29,905 bases of DNA from a virus (taxonomy: Duplodnaviria > Caudoviricetes). Below are positions 10,141-19,159 of this stretch, piece after piece. Location: IMG/VR virus record IMGVR_UViG_3300042445_001947, positions 1 to 29,905 of that record. One strand, 5' to 3'. Both the position numbers and the translations under genes were made by a program. How positions within the stretch are numbered: the first letter of the stretch is position 1; each line of letters opens with the position of its first letter. Below the pieces are notes generated by a model, which saw only the letters and a list, made by a program, of their open reading frames with translations, was not told the origin of the DNA and ran no database searches.

Positions 10141-10385
10141 CAAAAAAAATTACATTCGACTCAGCAGGATTTCCTAGATTTTCTGAAGACGGTGAATACG
10201 AAACAGCGCTAGATACAAATCTTATACATAGATTTTATTTAGAAGGGGAAGAGCTAAAAGACAAGTACCCTGGAAAAACCGACGAGGAAATTGTCGAAAT
10301 AGAGTCGGCGGAACATGAAGAAATGTTAGCTGCCCTTGCCGCCGTTGAAGCGGCAGCAGTAGCTGAAAGAGAAGCACAGCAATAA
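10137..10385 (+). CDS. Small acidic 'DKYPGKTD' protein 1, chaperone-like (start revised from 10125 to 10137)
   Basis: ATGA overlap with the upstream stop. T.L.HRF.L...E..DKYPGKTD.EI is shared with 14306-14587. Confidence 0.75.
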   Translation: MTKKITFDSAGFPRFSEDGEYETALDTNLIHRFYLEGEELKDKYPGKTDEEIVEIESAEHEEMLAALAAVEAAAVAEREAQQ

Positions 10386-10422
10386 AAAAATGGAAAAGTG
10401 TATAGGCGTCCTAAAAGACATT

Positions 10423-10432
10423 ATGGTATACT
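10423..10432 (+). promoter_or_regulatory. Extended -10 promoter for cassette 2
   Basis: ATGGTATACT (TG-n-TATACT) in a 71-bp intergenic gap, with SD AAGGAG at 10441-10446 downstream. Confidence 0.7.
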
Positions 10433-10456
10433 TTACTAACAAGGAGATATAAAAAA

Positions 10457-10789
10457 ATGCCAGATTATTCAAGTTTATCAAGCCAGGTCGACCTATTTAA
10501 GACAAAGGTCACGGCCCTATCAAGCTCAACGCTAAACTCTCAAGACCTAGTCTTTTTAGCAAAAGCGTTAGAATCAATGGGCAATCTTCTAGGGGTTAAC
10601 GATATTGTTTCTGCTACATCATCGAAGGTAACAGAAATTCAAACAGCTTCTTCGGGAGCCGTTGCAAGTGTTAACACAGCAGGGTCTACACAGATCGTTG
10701 CGGTTAACTCGGCTGGAGTAGCAAATGTTGCAGCCATCCAATCTTCGATAGATAACTACACAATTTATACAAACATGGGAGTAATTTAA
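10457..10789 (+). CDS. 'MPDY' stalk protein 2 (short)
   Basis: MPDYSSLSSQVDLFKTKVTAL is nearly identical to the start of the 7934 protein. It continues with an Ala/Ser/Val-rich helical run and ends YTNMGVI. Confidence 0.8.
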   Translation: MPDYSSLSSQVDLFKTKVTALSSSTLNSQDLVFLAKALESMGNLLGVNDIVSATSSKVTEIQTASSGAVASVNTAGSTQIVAVNSAGVANVAAIQSSIDNYTIYTNMGVI

Positions 10790-10790
10790 T

Positions 10791-11108
10791 ATGGCAACAG
10801 TAAGCTTACCAAGCAGATTTTATGCAGACACAATTCCTGCATCAGAAACATCCGTTTATACAACACCAGCAGCACAGATTGACGTTGTTACATCTTTAAC
10901 ATTTGACAATCTAACAAATGCAACAAGAACAGTAACACTAAAGATGGCAGGAAAGTTCTTTGTAAAGGCCTTAGATGTTCCACCACGTGCAATTATTGTT
11001 CTTGACGTTAAGCAAGTTCTTAACACAGCAGAGACTATTCAGATAAGCGCAGACGCTGCGGACTCTATCTCAGTATTTATCTCTGGCGTAAAAATCAATC
11101 AAGTATAA
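10791..11108 (+). CDS. Small beta-rich adaptor-like structural protein 1
   Basis: Pattern P.RF...YT.P.....V.S....N.....VLN.AE.I..SA....S...SGV is paralogous to 16217-16543. Confidence 0.7.
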   Translation: MATVSLPSRFYADTIPASETSVYTTPAAQIDVVTSLTFDNLTNATRTVTLKMAGKFFVKALDVPPRAIIVLDVKQVLNTAETIQISADAADSISVFISGVKINQV

Positions 11109-11133
11109 TTTAACTATTTAAGGGAGAACTAAA

Positions 11134-12696
11134 ATGGCAGTAAATACAACAACAAACCAAGTCTATATACCAGGTTTTGAAACAAACATTCAAAATGTGG
11201 TTACTCCACTTGCTAATACAACAGGAACTGCCGTAACAAATTTACAGTCAGGAATCCCAAATCAATTTGCAGGTATACTTGGAAAATTCCCACATGCTGC
11301 TACTTCGAGAGATAATACAGAGCCTTCTCCCTATCCACTTTTTGCTATATGGACAAACCAGAATAACTCAAGAAAAGCAGGATACTCAGTAATTAATTCA
11401 GAGTGGCAGGTTGTTGCAACAAGTAGATTAAATAACCGTCAAGGCGGATGGACAGATGTTGATCTTAGTGAAATGAACAACTGGTATGAAGATTTTAGAG
11501 GCTGGACATACACAAATGGTAACGTAGATGGAGGTGGAAACACAACCTACTCTGGTGGCGGAACAAATATGAATGGTGCTGACGGAAATCACCTTTATGC
11601 ATTTCAAGTATTTGGTAATTATGGAAACTCTGGATTTAACAGAGCTGACCAATGGGGTCAGTTTACTAAGCGCTGCGGAACAATTATCGGGGCTAGAGGA
11701 GTAAGACAAAGAGTAAGTCATTACTCAACTGATTCAACTTTTCAAATAAGATTAAGAGGCTCAGTTACTGGTTTTATGGATCAAGTTAACCTAAACTCAG
11801 CAACCTATGCAACTTGGGCGGGACGCACAAACCGTGGCATGTCATCTTATAACGATAGAACAAAAACTCTTGCAGTTGCAGAATCTAATACAGCAAACTC
11901 AATTCGTTTACACGTATGGAGAAATACAAACCCTCTATTAAATTTAAATGCTAACAATCACAAGGCTGGAGATCTTCATCTATTCTTGTCAGAAGCAAAG
12001 ACAGCAGGTCCTTCTGGAACAACAGCAAGATATTCATTTTATGACTTTACATGGACATCAGGCGGTTCAACACAAGCAGAGCCATCCTATGTAATGAGAC
12101 TGATCATGGGAGATAACGGAACAATTGGCTTCTCAAGATTCTCTCCTCAAGGAAATTCTCAACAATACGGATGGTATATTCCTACAAATCCAGGCACACC
12201 AGGAAACAGTGGAACTGGAGCATTTACCGATAGCGGAACCAACCTAGGTAATACAACATCTTATTCAATTGATCAAGGTGATTCTTACGGAATTAGAACA
12301 AATATTTCATGGGATAATAACTGGCTAATTTCATACTCACCATATTATCACTACCACTCTGGAATTAATTTACACTGCATTTACACACAAGATCCAACAA
12401 AGTATTACCACTGGAGAGCTGCTGACACAAGCAATGGGCTGTCACCAGTACCATTTGGAGAAAGTTCATTTGTATCGTGCTATTCAGTTCAAAACGCAGA
12501 TGGACAAGGGCCATGCTTATATATTGCAAACCCACAAGCTGCTTTTGAAAATGGTTACAGAAACAACGCAACAACAGTTGCAAATGGTGGAGATTTACAG
12601 CCATTCAATGTTAACTTCAACTATGATTTTGATACAATGTCTAATACGACACAATATCCACATATTTCAGTAATGCCACACTGGACAACGGTCTAA
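11134..12696 (+). CDS. Putative receptor-binding head protein, paralog B
   Basis: 520 aa, rich in G/N/T/S/W/Y. Collinear with paralogs A and C. SD GGGAG. Confidence 0.7.
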   Translation: MAVNTTTNQVYIPGFETNIQNVVTPLANTTGTAVTNLQSGIPNQFAGILGKFPHAATSRDNTEPSPYPLFAIWTNQNNSRKAGYSVINSEWQVVATSRLNNRQGGWTDVDLSEMNNWYEDFRGWTYTNGNVDGGGNTTYSGGGTNMNGADGNHLYAFQVFGNYGNSGFNRADQWGQFTKRCGTIIGARGVRQRVSHYSTDSTFQIRLRGSVTGFMDQVNLNSATYATWAGRTNRGMSSYNDRTKTLAVAESNTANSIRLHVWRNTNPLLNLNANNHKAGDLHLFLSEAKTAGPSGTTARYSFYDFTWTSGGSTQAEPSYVMRLIMGDNGTIGFSRFSPQGNSQQYGWYIPTNPGTPGNSGTGAFTDSGTNLGNTTSYSIDQGDSYGIRTNISWDNNWLISYSPYYHYHSGINLHCIYTQDPTKYYHWRAADTSNGLSPVPFGESSFVSCYSVQNADGQGPCLYIANPQAAFENGYRNNATTVANGGDLQPFNVNFNYDFDTMSNTTQYPHISVMPHWTTV

Positions 12697-12705
12697 GGAG
12701 AAAAA

Positions 12706-14286
12706 ATGAGCGAAAATACAACAGCAACAACAACATCACAAATAATTCACCCAGGACTTGAAGATTCAATTAGAGCTATTATTACACCTATAGTTGCCGC
12801 AAACAATACTGCAATTGGAACGACCATAAACACAATTGCTACAAATATATCCGCACTTTCAGGAAAAGTAGCATCACCAGTTATATCAAGAAATAATAAT
12901 GAAATTAGCCCTTATCCAACTTTTGCTATCTGGACAAATCAGAATAATGGACAAGCGGGATATCATATAGCTAACTCTGACTTTCAAAATATTGGAACAA
13001 ATGCAATGCCAGGATGGTTTGGTGGCTATCAGAGCCCAGATCTAGACAACATGCCTAACTGGTATGAAGATTTTAGATCATATACTTATACAAATGGTAA
13101 CTTTGACTCAAGCACTGTAACAACATACTTTGGTGGATCAACTGTATGGGGTTCGGCAGATGGTCATCAACTTTACCGACCATGTTTACATGGAGGATTT
13201 GCTGGAAATTGGATGAACAGAGCAGATCAAAGAGGTCAATTTTTAATTAGATGCGGAACAATTATTGGAGCTTATGGAGTTAGACAACGTGTTAGCCACT
13301 ACACAACTGATTCAACTTTCCAGATTAGACCAAGAGGCTCAACATATGGATACAATGACACAATTAATCTAAACTCAGCAACCTACGCAACTTGGGCGGG
13401 ACGCACAAACCGTGGTATGTCTTCATACAATGACAGAACTAAAATGCTTGCAGTAGTTGAGTCAACAACTGCAAATGCAATTAGACTCCACGTATGGAGA
13501 AACACATCGTTTAGCCTAAATGATTTTAGCCCTAAACCAGGAACACTTCACAAGTTTTTATCAGAAGCTAAAACAGCAGGTCCTTCAACAGGAAATCAAC
13601 TAAGCACAACAAAGAATTACGCATTTTATGATTTCACATGGGCGCAGGCTGGCTCAACAAGAAACGAGCCTTCTTACCACATGAAGATTATTATGGGAGA
13701 TAATGGCACAGTCGGATTTGTAAGATTTAACCATGATGGGTATGCACAAAGATATGGATACTTCTTGCCACAATCTCAAGGCACAGCAGGCAACTCAGGA
13801 ATCGGAACATTTACAGATACTGAAATTAACCTAGCAAATACAACATCTTACGGTATTGATCAGTCAGAATCCTGGTATGGACAAAAGCATGATAATACAT
13901 GGGACAATCAGTGGATTGCAGTATACTCTCCATACTACTACTATGGATCAGGAATTAACTGCCACGTTATAAATACCGTTGATCCAACAAAGCTTTTCTA
14001 TTTTAGAAATACAGCTACTGCAAATGGATGTGCACTTGTGCCATTCAAAGAAGACAAATTCCTTACTATTATATCGAATAATAATGGAGATTCCACTGGA
14101 CCATATTTGTATCTTGTAGATCCAGGATCAGCAAGTAAAAATTTAAGAAGAACTGATGGCACTAGTTTATCATTTGGTGGAGACCTACAGCCATACAATT
14201 CAACTTACTATTACCAATTTGATACACACTCAAATACAACCCAATATGCACACTTAATAAGTATGCCGCATTGGTCAAACCCGTAA
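12706..14286 (+). CDS. Putative receptor-binding head protein, paralog C
   Basis: 526 aa and closest to paralog B (shared NLNSATYATWAGRTNRGMSSYNDRTK). SD AAGGAG. Confidence 0.7.
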   Translation: MSENTTATTTSQIIHPGLEDSIRAIITPIVAANNTAIGTTINTIATNISALSGKVASPVISRNNNEISPYPTFAIWTNQNNGQAGYHIANSDFQNIGTNAMPGWFGGYQSPDLDNMPNWYEDFRSYTYTNGNFDSSTVTTYFGGSTVWGSADGHQLYRPCLHGGFAGNWMNRADQRGQFLIRCGTIIGAYGVRQRVSHYTTDSTFQIRPRGSTYGYNDTINLNSATYATWAGRTNRGMSSYNDRTKMLAVVESTTANAIRLHVWRNTSFSLNDFSPKPGTLHKFLSEAKTAGPSTGNQLSTTKNYAFYDFTWAQAGSTRNEPSYHMKIIMGDNGTVGFVRFNHDGYAQRYGYFLPQSQGTAGNSGIGTFTDTEINLANTTSYGIDQSESWYGQKHDNTWDNQWIAVYSPYYYYGSGINCHVINTVDPTKLFYFRNTATANGCALVPFKEDKFLTIISNNNGDSTGPYLYLVDPGSASKNLRRTDGTSLSFGGDLQPYNSTYYYQFDTHSNTTQYAHLISMPHWSNP

Positions 14287-14305
14287 AGAAAAAGGAGAAA
14301 TAAAA

Positions 14306-14587
14306 ATGAAAATCAAATTCTGTGGTCCACAAAATGTTGTCGCAATTGATGCAGATGGCGATCATGAAGTTGTTGAAACTCAACTCCTTCATAGATTTAC
14401 GCTTGTTGATGGAGAAGTTGTAGACAAGTACCCAGGTAAGACAGATCGTGAAATCATGGCAATTGATCATGCAGAAGCGGTTGCAAGACAAACAGCAGCA
14501 CAGGAAGCATGGGATGAAGATGAATCTGAGACTAAGGGTCCAAGACCAGAGTCACTACCAGCATTAAGTCTTCCCGAGGAGGAATAA
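14306..14587 (+). CDS. Small acidic 'DKYPGKTD' protein 2, chaperone-like
   Basis: Paralog of 10137-10385. SD AAGGAG. Confidence 0.75.
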   Translation: MKIKFCGPQNVVAIDADGDHEVVETQLLHRFTLVDGEVVDKYPGKTDREIMAIDHAEAVARQTAAQEAWDEDESETKGPRPESLPALSLPEEE

Positions 14588-14589
14588 TA

Positions 14590-15036
14590 ATGCCAATAAC
14601 AAGCGTACCTCAACAGGTAACACCAGGTCTTTGGACATACACATACCTTCAAGCACCTCTTAACGGACAAGCTCGTCCATATCTAAATGTGCCTTCAGCA
14701 CAGCTAGATCTTGGAACAATTGCCGCTTCAGGAGTTGCAACATGCAACGTAGCACTTGCTAACGTATTTAAGATGGTTGCAGGAGGAAACTGCACAATAG
14801 CATTTAGCAATATTCCAGCAACAGGATCAGAGCCAAAAGCACAATTCTGGCAACTAGAAATTAAAACTGGTGGTAGCTATACAATCACATGGCCAGCATC
14901 AATTAAATGGGATGGTGGAGGAGCTTCTAACGTAGCACCACTTCTATCTACAAACACAACCGTTCTTAACTTTATGACAAGAGACGGTGGCACAACAATA
15001 TTCGGTGCATACGCATTCGCTGATTTGAACGTTTAA
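14590..15036 (+). CDS. Short fibre/connector protein with a TITWP..KW.GG..AP...DGGTT domain
   Basis: Recurrent phage fibre C-terminal domain (GN.T..FSN.P...TITWPASIKWDGG...AP.L...F.TRDGGTT). SD GGAGG. Confidence 0.7.
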   Translation: MPITSVPQQVTPGLWTYTYLQAPLNGQARPYLNVPSAQLDLGTIAASGVATCNVALANVFKMVAGGNCTIAFSNIPATGSEPKAQFWQLEIKTGGSYTITWPASIKWDGGGASNVAPLLSTNTTVLNFMTRDGGTTIFGAYAFADLNV

Positions 15037-15046
15037 AGGAGACAAT

Positions 15047-15502
15047 ATGTACGCCATAGTTGAAGACAAAAAAGTGGTCAAGGTTGGCGCACTATCTCAG
15101 TTATTTCCAAATCTTTCTATACCTCAATCGGTAAACGAAAAAGAGTTTGCAAAAGAAAACGGGTTACTAGAAGTAGTAACACCAGAGTTTGATGATTTTC
15201 AAGAAAAAATTGTACCTTGTGAACCATTTATTAAAGATGGCAAGGTATACTCAGTAGAAGTACAGAAGATGTCAGATGAAGAAAAATCAGATAACGTAAA
15301 TGCACATATTGGTTTTGAGCTAATGTCTACAGCATGGGTCGAGACAGACCCAGATATGGACAAGAAATCTCTTGATGAATGGAAAGAATATAGAAAGAAG
15401 ATTTCTTCTTTTAAAAATAGCAAAGATGTATCTGAGATTACATGGCCTAAAAGACCAGCAGTAGAATTAGTGAAAATAATGGAGGAAGATCCAATTGCTT
15501 AG
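15047..15502 (+). CDS. Tail fibre assembly chaperone-like protein
   Basis: N-terminal MYAIV and LFPN.S.P. C-terminal W..YR..I.........ITWP.RP is typical of Tfa-like chaperones. Confidence 0.75.
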   Translation: MYAIVEDKKVVKVGALSQLFPNLSIPQSVNEKEFAKENGLLEVVTPEFDDFQEKIVPCEPFIKDGKVYSVEVQKMSDEEKSDNVNAHIGFELMSTAWVETDPDMDKKSLDEWKEYRKKISSFKNSKDVSEITWPKRPAVELVKIMEEDPIA

Positions 15503-16208
15503 TAATAACATTATTTTTAGAAGAAATAGATTCACAACAACTGGATTACAGCTATGGCTAGATGCCGCACTCCCATCAACAATTACAAGAGACGGACTTG
15601 GAAAAGTATCACAATGGAATGACAAGTCAGGTCTAGGACGTAATTGCGTTCAAGCAACAACAGCAGCACAACCAACATTTCAAGAAACAGGTATAGCAGG
15701 ATTGCCTGCAGTTAACTTTGACGGAGCAGATGATTTCCTTCCATTTTCAGATCAGACCCTATCATGGATTGCTTCGTCTTCTTTTACAGTTATTTATGTT
15801 GCATCAAAGCCAGCAAATGCAAACACGTATGTAATTGGCGGAACAAACTCAGGAACAAGAAATAATCTTATTGCTGGGTACGTATCCGCAAATACATTTA
15901 AGTTTGGCTTCGGTAATGATGATCAGAATGCTATTGTTACAGTAGGAACAGTCGGAACACCAGAAATTTACACACTTGTTTATAGCAATGCTGATAACTC
16001 ACGCAGAGTTAGAAGAAATGGAACTGACGTTGCAGTCGGTGCTTCTTCAGGCGGACTTACAAGCATGACAGGACAAGTAATAGGAAGATACTCTGCAACA
16101 TTCGGAGCATTTAAGTTAGGCGAACTATTAATTTATAACAGAGCTCTTACAGTAGGCGAATACATCTCAATCGAAAGAGATCTTATTTCTAAATGGGCAA
16201 TTAGCTAG
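15495..16208 (+). CDS. LamG/concanavalin A-like lectin-fold protein (TTG start)
   Basis: Motifs GLQLWLDA, VSQWNDKSG, P.VNFDGADD and ELLIYNRAL. SD GGAGG at 15481-15485 precedes TTG 15495. Confidence 0.8.
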   Translation: MLSNNIIFRRNRFTTTGLQLWLDAALPSTITRDGLGKVSQWNDKSGLGRNCVQATTAAQPTFQETGIAGLPAVNFDGADDFLPFSDQTLSWIASSSFTVIYVASKPANANTYVIGGTNSGTRNNLIAGYVSANTFKFGFGNDDQNAIVTVGTVGTPEIYTLVYSNADNSRRVRRNGTDVAVGASSGGLTSMTGQVIGRYSATFGAFKLGELLIYNRALTVGEYISIERDLISKWAIS

Positions 16209-16216
16209 GAGATCAA

Positions 16217-16543
16217 ATGGCATATAATCCAAACAGATTTATTGGGCCAGTACTTCTAAGCACAACAAATACAAACCTTAAAACATTTACCAATAAGGCA
16301 ATTGTTAAAAGTATATTCACAGCAAATACATTCAATGGACCAATTGCATTTAGCCTTTATTTAGTTCCAGTTGGACAGACCCCAGGACTGGCAAATAGAA
16401 TTTTTGGTGACGTTCTTCTTGGAGAAAATACATCAAGATCAACAGAGACTACGCTAATTGTTAATGCTGGAGAGTCTATCTGGGCCTCCGCAAATGTTAC
16501 TGGTGGAGTAAGTATCATGGTTTCTGGGGTAGAAATAGTTTAA
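16217..16543 (+). CDS. Small beta-rich adaptor-like structural protein 2
   Basis: Paralog of 10791-11108 (P.RF, VKSI..AN, VNAGESI.ASA, SGVEI). SD AGGAG. Confidence 0.7.
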   Translation: MAYNPNRFIGPVLLSTTNTNLKTFTNKAIVKSIFTANTFNGPIAFSLYLVPVGQTPGLANRIFGDVLLGENTSRSTETTLIVNAGESIWASANVTGGVSIMVSGVEIV

Positions 16544-16570
16544 AAGCTAAGCAATGAAAGGCTCAAATAG

Positions 16571-16589
16571 TAAGCCTTACAAAGGCTTA
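16571..16589. repeat. Intergenic inverted repeat (operator or weak terminator)
   Basis: TAAGCCTT-ACA-AAGGCTTA has perfect 8-bp arms and overlaps the -35 region of the promoter at 16601. Confidence 0.55.
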
Positions 16590-16600
16590 TAACCCTGAGA

Positions 16601-16610
16601 ATGGTATAAT
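16601..16610 (+). promoter_or_regulatory. Extended -10 promoter, probable leaderless transcript
   Basis: ATGGTATAAT ends 6 nt before ATG 16617, and there is no SD. Confidence 0.8.
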
Positions 16611-16616
16611 TTAAAA

Positions 16617-18923
16617 ATGCCAGGAAATACAACACCTAAAGTATTCAGATATCCGACATTAGACATGTCGCCCGATGTCCCAAGAGACCTTGGCTATTTA
16701 GCAACAGACATAGATAATTATTTAACAAACAATCCAGGACCTACAGGACCACAAGGTCCAGCGGGTCCAACAGGTGCACAAGGAATACAAGGAATACAAG
16801 GCCCTAAAGGTGATACAGGCTTAACAGGTTTACAGGGAAACACAGGAGCAGCAAGTACTGTCCCAGGACCGCAAGGAAACCCTGGCGTTAAGGGTGACAC
16901 AGGTTTGCAAGGACCTAAAGGTGACACAGGTGAACAGGGTCCACAGGGTATACAAGGCTTGCAAGGTCCACAAGGTTTACAAGGCGTTAAAGGTGATACA
17001 GGAACAGCATTAACAATTCTTGGAAACTATGCAACGCCAGCCGCATTTACTTCAGCTAATTTAGTTGGAGCCGCAGGCGATGCTTGGTTAATTCTTTCAA
17101 CTGGCGTACTTATGGTTTGGGATACAGTAACAAGTTCATGGTTTGATGCAGGAGCTCTTCAAGGCCCAGTAGGACCAACAGGAACAACAGGTCCACAAGG
17201 TTTGCAGGGAATACAAGGACTTAAGGGTGACAAAGGTGATCAAGGTGAGCAAGGTCCAGTTGGCCCACAAGGTAATACAGGCTTACAAGGATTACAAGGA
17301 ATACAGGGCATACAGGGTATTCAGGGGTTACAAGGCGTTAAGGGTGATCAAGGAAATGAAGGAAGCAAAGCAACTTTTTCTATTACAGCCGCAACTCCTC
17401 CTGCAAATCCAGTAAATGGACAGGCATGGTTTAATTCAGACAACGGAAGAAGTTATACATACTACGACTCTTACTGGGTAGAAACTGGATCTTCATTGTC
17501 TGGCCCACAAGGACCTAAAGGCGATACAGGAGATCAGGGAATTCAAGGCCCGCAAGGAGTTGCTATAAATCTTAAAGCATCTTCTTTAACTGTTGCAGCA
17601 TTGCCTTCAACAGGAAACATTGTAAACGATGCAAGAATTGTAGAAGCAGATGGTGATCTTTATATTTGGGATGGCACATCTTGGACTTCAGCAGGACAGA
17701 TTGTTGGACCACAAGGCCCACAAGGTATCCAAGGACCAAAAGGTGATACAGGAGATCAAGGTATTCAAGGCATTCAGGGCCTTAAGGGTGACAAAGGCGA
17801 TACTGGAGAGCAAGGCATACAGGGAATACAAGGGCCTACTGGTTTAACTGGCAATACTGGCCCACAGGGCGCACAGGGAATTCAAGGTGTAAAAGGTGAC
17901 ACTGGAGATGTAGGACCAGCGGGTACAAGCCAGTATTTAAGTAAATTAGGAAACAATAATATTTCATTAACACCTTCAGTGCCAAATACAAGCATGACTT
18001 TGGTTACAACAGGTACTCAAAACTTAGCTTTAATGTCATCGCTATCTAGAGTAAGCACGGGATCTAATAACATTGCCATGGGAGTTCTTGCTGGGTTTGC
18101 AATAGAAACTGGTTCCAATAACATAGCAATCGGTAATACATCAATGTCTGGACTTCCAGAAGATATCCCATATGACAAATCTGGTAATTACAACATAGGT
18201 ATAGGTCCTGGTACATTAGATCTTGTTCATGGATCCTTTAACACAGCAATAGGAAGAGCAGCAGGAAATTCATTAACTACTGGAGATAATAATATTATTT
18301 TGGGCAACTTGTCAAACCCATCATCAGCAACAGTTTCAAATGAGATAACACTTGGCAATGACGCTATAGACAGATTTAGAATTCCAGGACTAGGAATAGA
18401 CTGGACATCTTCTACAAAACCAGGATCTCCTTCAGGTTATACAAAAATAGGTACTGTTACTTCAAATTCTGGCACCACTGTTTCCTTTACTGGGCTAAGC
18501 GGTTATAATAAATATTTACTAGTGTGGAGCGGAGTTTATTCAGGCAGTGCTTTTACTATCCCTATTATAAGATTAAATAATGCCTCAACTAATCATGAGT
18601 TTATCTACTCTGTTGCATACAATAGCTCTTCAATACCAGCATTAACAAATTGGTCGTTCAAAGGAACAAATGCTGGAAGTGTTGGAAATGTTTTAGGAAC
18701 ACCAAATGCTTCAGGATATGTTTACATAGATGGTGCAAATACAACATCTGGAATATCATTTTATGGATCTTCTGGTGGAAAGTGGTCAGATGCAAACAGT
18801 TCTGGAATGGGTACATTCGCAGGAGTTTATACGGGATCCGCAAAGGTTACTTCAATAGTTGCCGCTACAAGTGATGGCCAGGCTTATTCAAGTGGAACTT
18901 GGGTTTTGTGGGGAGCACAATAA
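16617..18923 (+). CDS. Collagen-like tail fibre with N.A.G beta-roll (YadA/Hep_Hag-like) repeats and a C-terminal head
   Basis: N-terminal anchor RYPT...PDVPRDL..LA.DID, long Gly-X-Y tracts with three globular interruptions, and TGSNNIA(M/I)G-type 14-aa repeats. Ends SGTWVLWG. Confidence 0.85.
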   Translation: MPGNTTPKVFRYPTLDMSPDVPRDLGYLATDIDNYLTNNPGPTGPQGPAGPTGAQGIQGIQGPKGDTGLTGLQGNTGAASTVPGPQGNPGVKGDTGLQGPKGDTGEQGPQGIQGLQGPQGLQGVKGDTGTALTILGNYATPAAFTSANLVGAAGDAWLILSTGVLMVWDTVTSSWFDAGALQGPVGPTGTTGPQGLQGIQGLKGDKGDQGEQGPVGPQGNTGLQGLQGIQGIQGIQGLQGVKGDQGNEGSKATFSITAATPPANPVNGQAWFNSDNGRSYTYYDSYWVETGSSLSGPQGPKGDTGDQGIQGPQGVAINLKASSLTVAALPSTGNIVNDARIVEADGDLYIWDGTSWTSAGQIVGPQGPQGIQGPKGDTGDQGIQGIQGLKGDKGDTGEQGIQGIQGPTGLTGNTGPQGAQGIQGVKGDTGDVGPAGTSQYLSKLGNNNISLTPSVPNTSMTLVTTGTQNLALMSSLSRVSTGSNNIAMGVLAGFAIETGSNNIAIGNTSMSGLPEDIPYDKSGNYNIGIGPGTLDLVHGSFNTAIGRAAGNSLTTGDNNIILGNLSNPSSATVSNEITLGNDAIDRFRIPGLGIDWTSSTKPGSPSGYTKIGTVTSNSGTTVSFTGLSGYNKYLLVWSGVYSGSAFTIPIIRLNNASTNHEFIYSVAYNSSSIPALTNWSFKGTNAGSVGNVLGTPNASGYVYIDGANTTSGISFYGSSGGKWSDANSSGMGTFAGVYTGSAKVTSIVAATSDGQAYSSGTWVLWGAQ

Positions 18924-19159
18924 TGAGCGACATTATAGAATTTAATTACGAGACTGGTGAGACAACAATACGTGAGTATACAGAGGCAGAAATATCAGTA
19001 AATGAAGAGGTCTCTATTCAGGTAGATGAAATTCTTTCGCAGATTCCAGTTGCTGACCAATCGGTTGTTGACAACTTACAGTCTGCTATAGACAAGCTAA
19101 CCTCTTTAGGCTTAACAGAAGCCGAAGCAAAAGCAATAGCTGGAATAAGGGAGATATAA
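18923..19159 (+). CDS. Small fibre-associated chaperone-like protein (start revised from 18899 to 18923)
   Basis: TAATG overlaps at both ends and SD GGGAG. Motif N.ETGE...RE.T.AE...SA..KL..LGLTE.E. Confidence 0.75.
   Translation: MSDIIEFNYETGETTIREYTEAEISVNEEVSIQVDEILSQIPVADQSVVDNLQSAIDKLTSLGLTEAEAKAIAGIREI

Noticed and set aside
10395-10434. Imperfect hairpin/terminator between the cassettes (AAAGTGTA...TATACTTT)
   Set aside because: The pairing is weak, AT-rich and interrupted. The sequence is better explained as a promoter.
10436-10447. Shared leader CTAACAA(A)GGAGA here and at 28861-28873
   Set aside because: Only two copies, mostly explained by the SD plus AT-rich context. Insufficient to call a regulatory element.
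11134-14286. Diversity-generating retroelement (TR/VR pair) among the paralogous heads
   Set aside because: Differences between the repeats are synonymous third-position changes, not adenine-specific. There is no non-coding template repeat and no reverse transcriptase in the window.
7934-16543. Invertible tail-fibre switch (Gin/Cin/shufflon type)
   Set aside because: All cassettes are on the same strand with their own starts. No recombinase gene or inverted crossover sites were seen.
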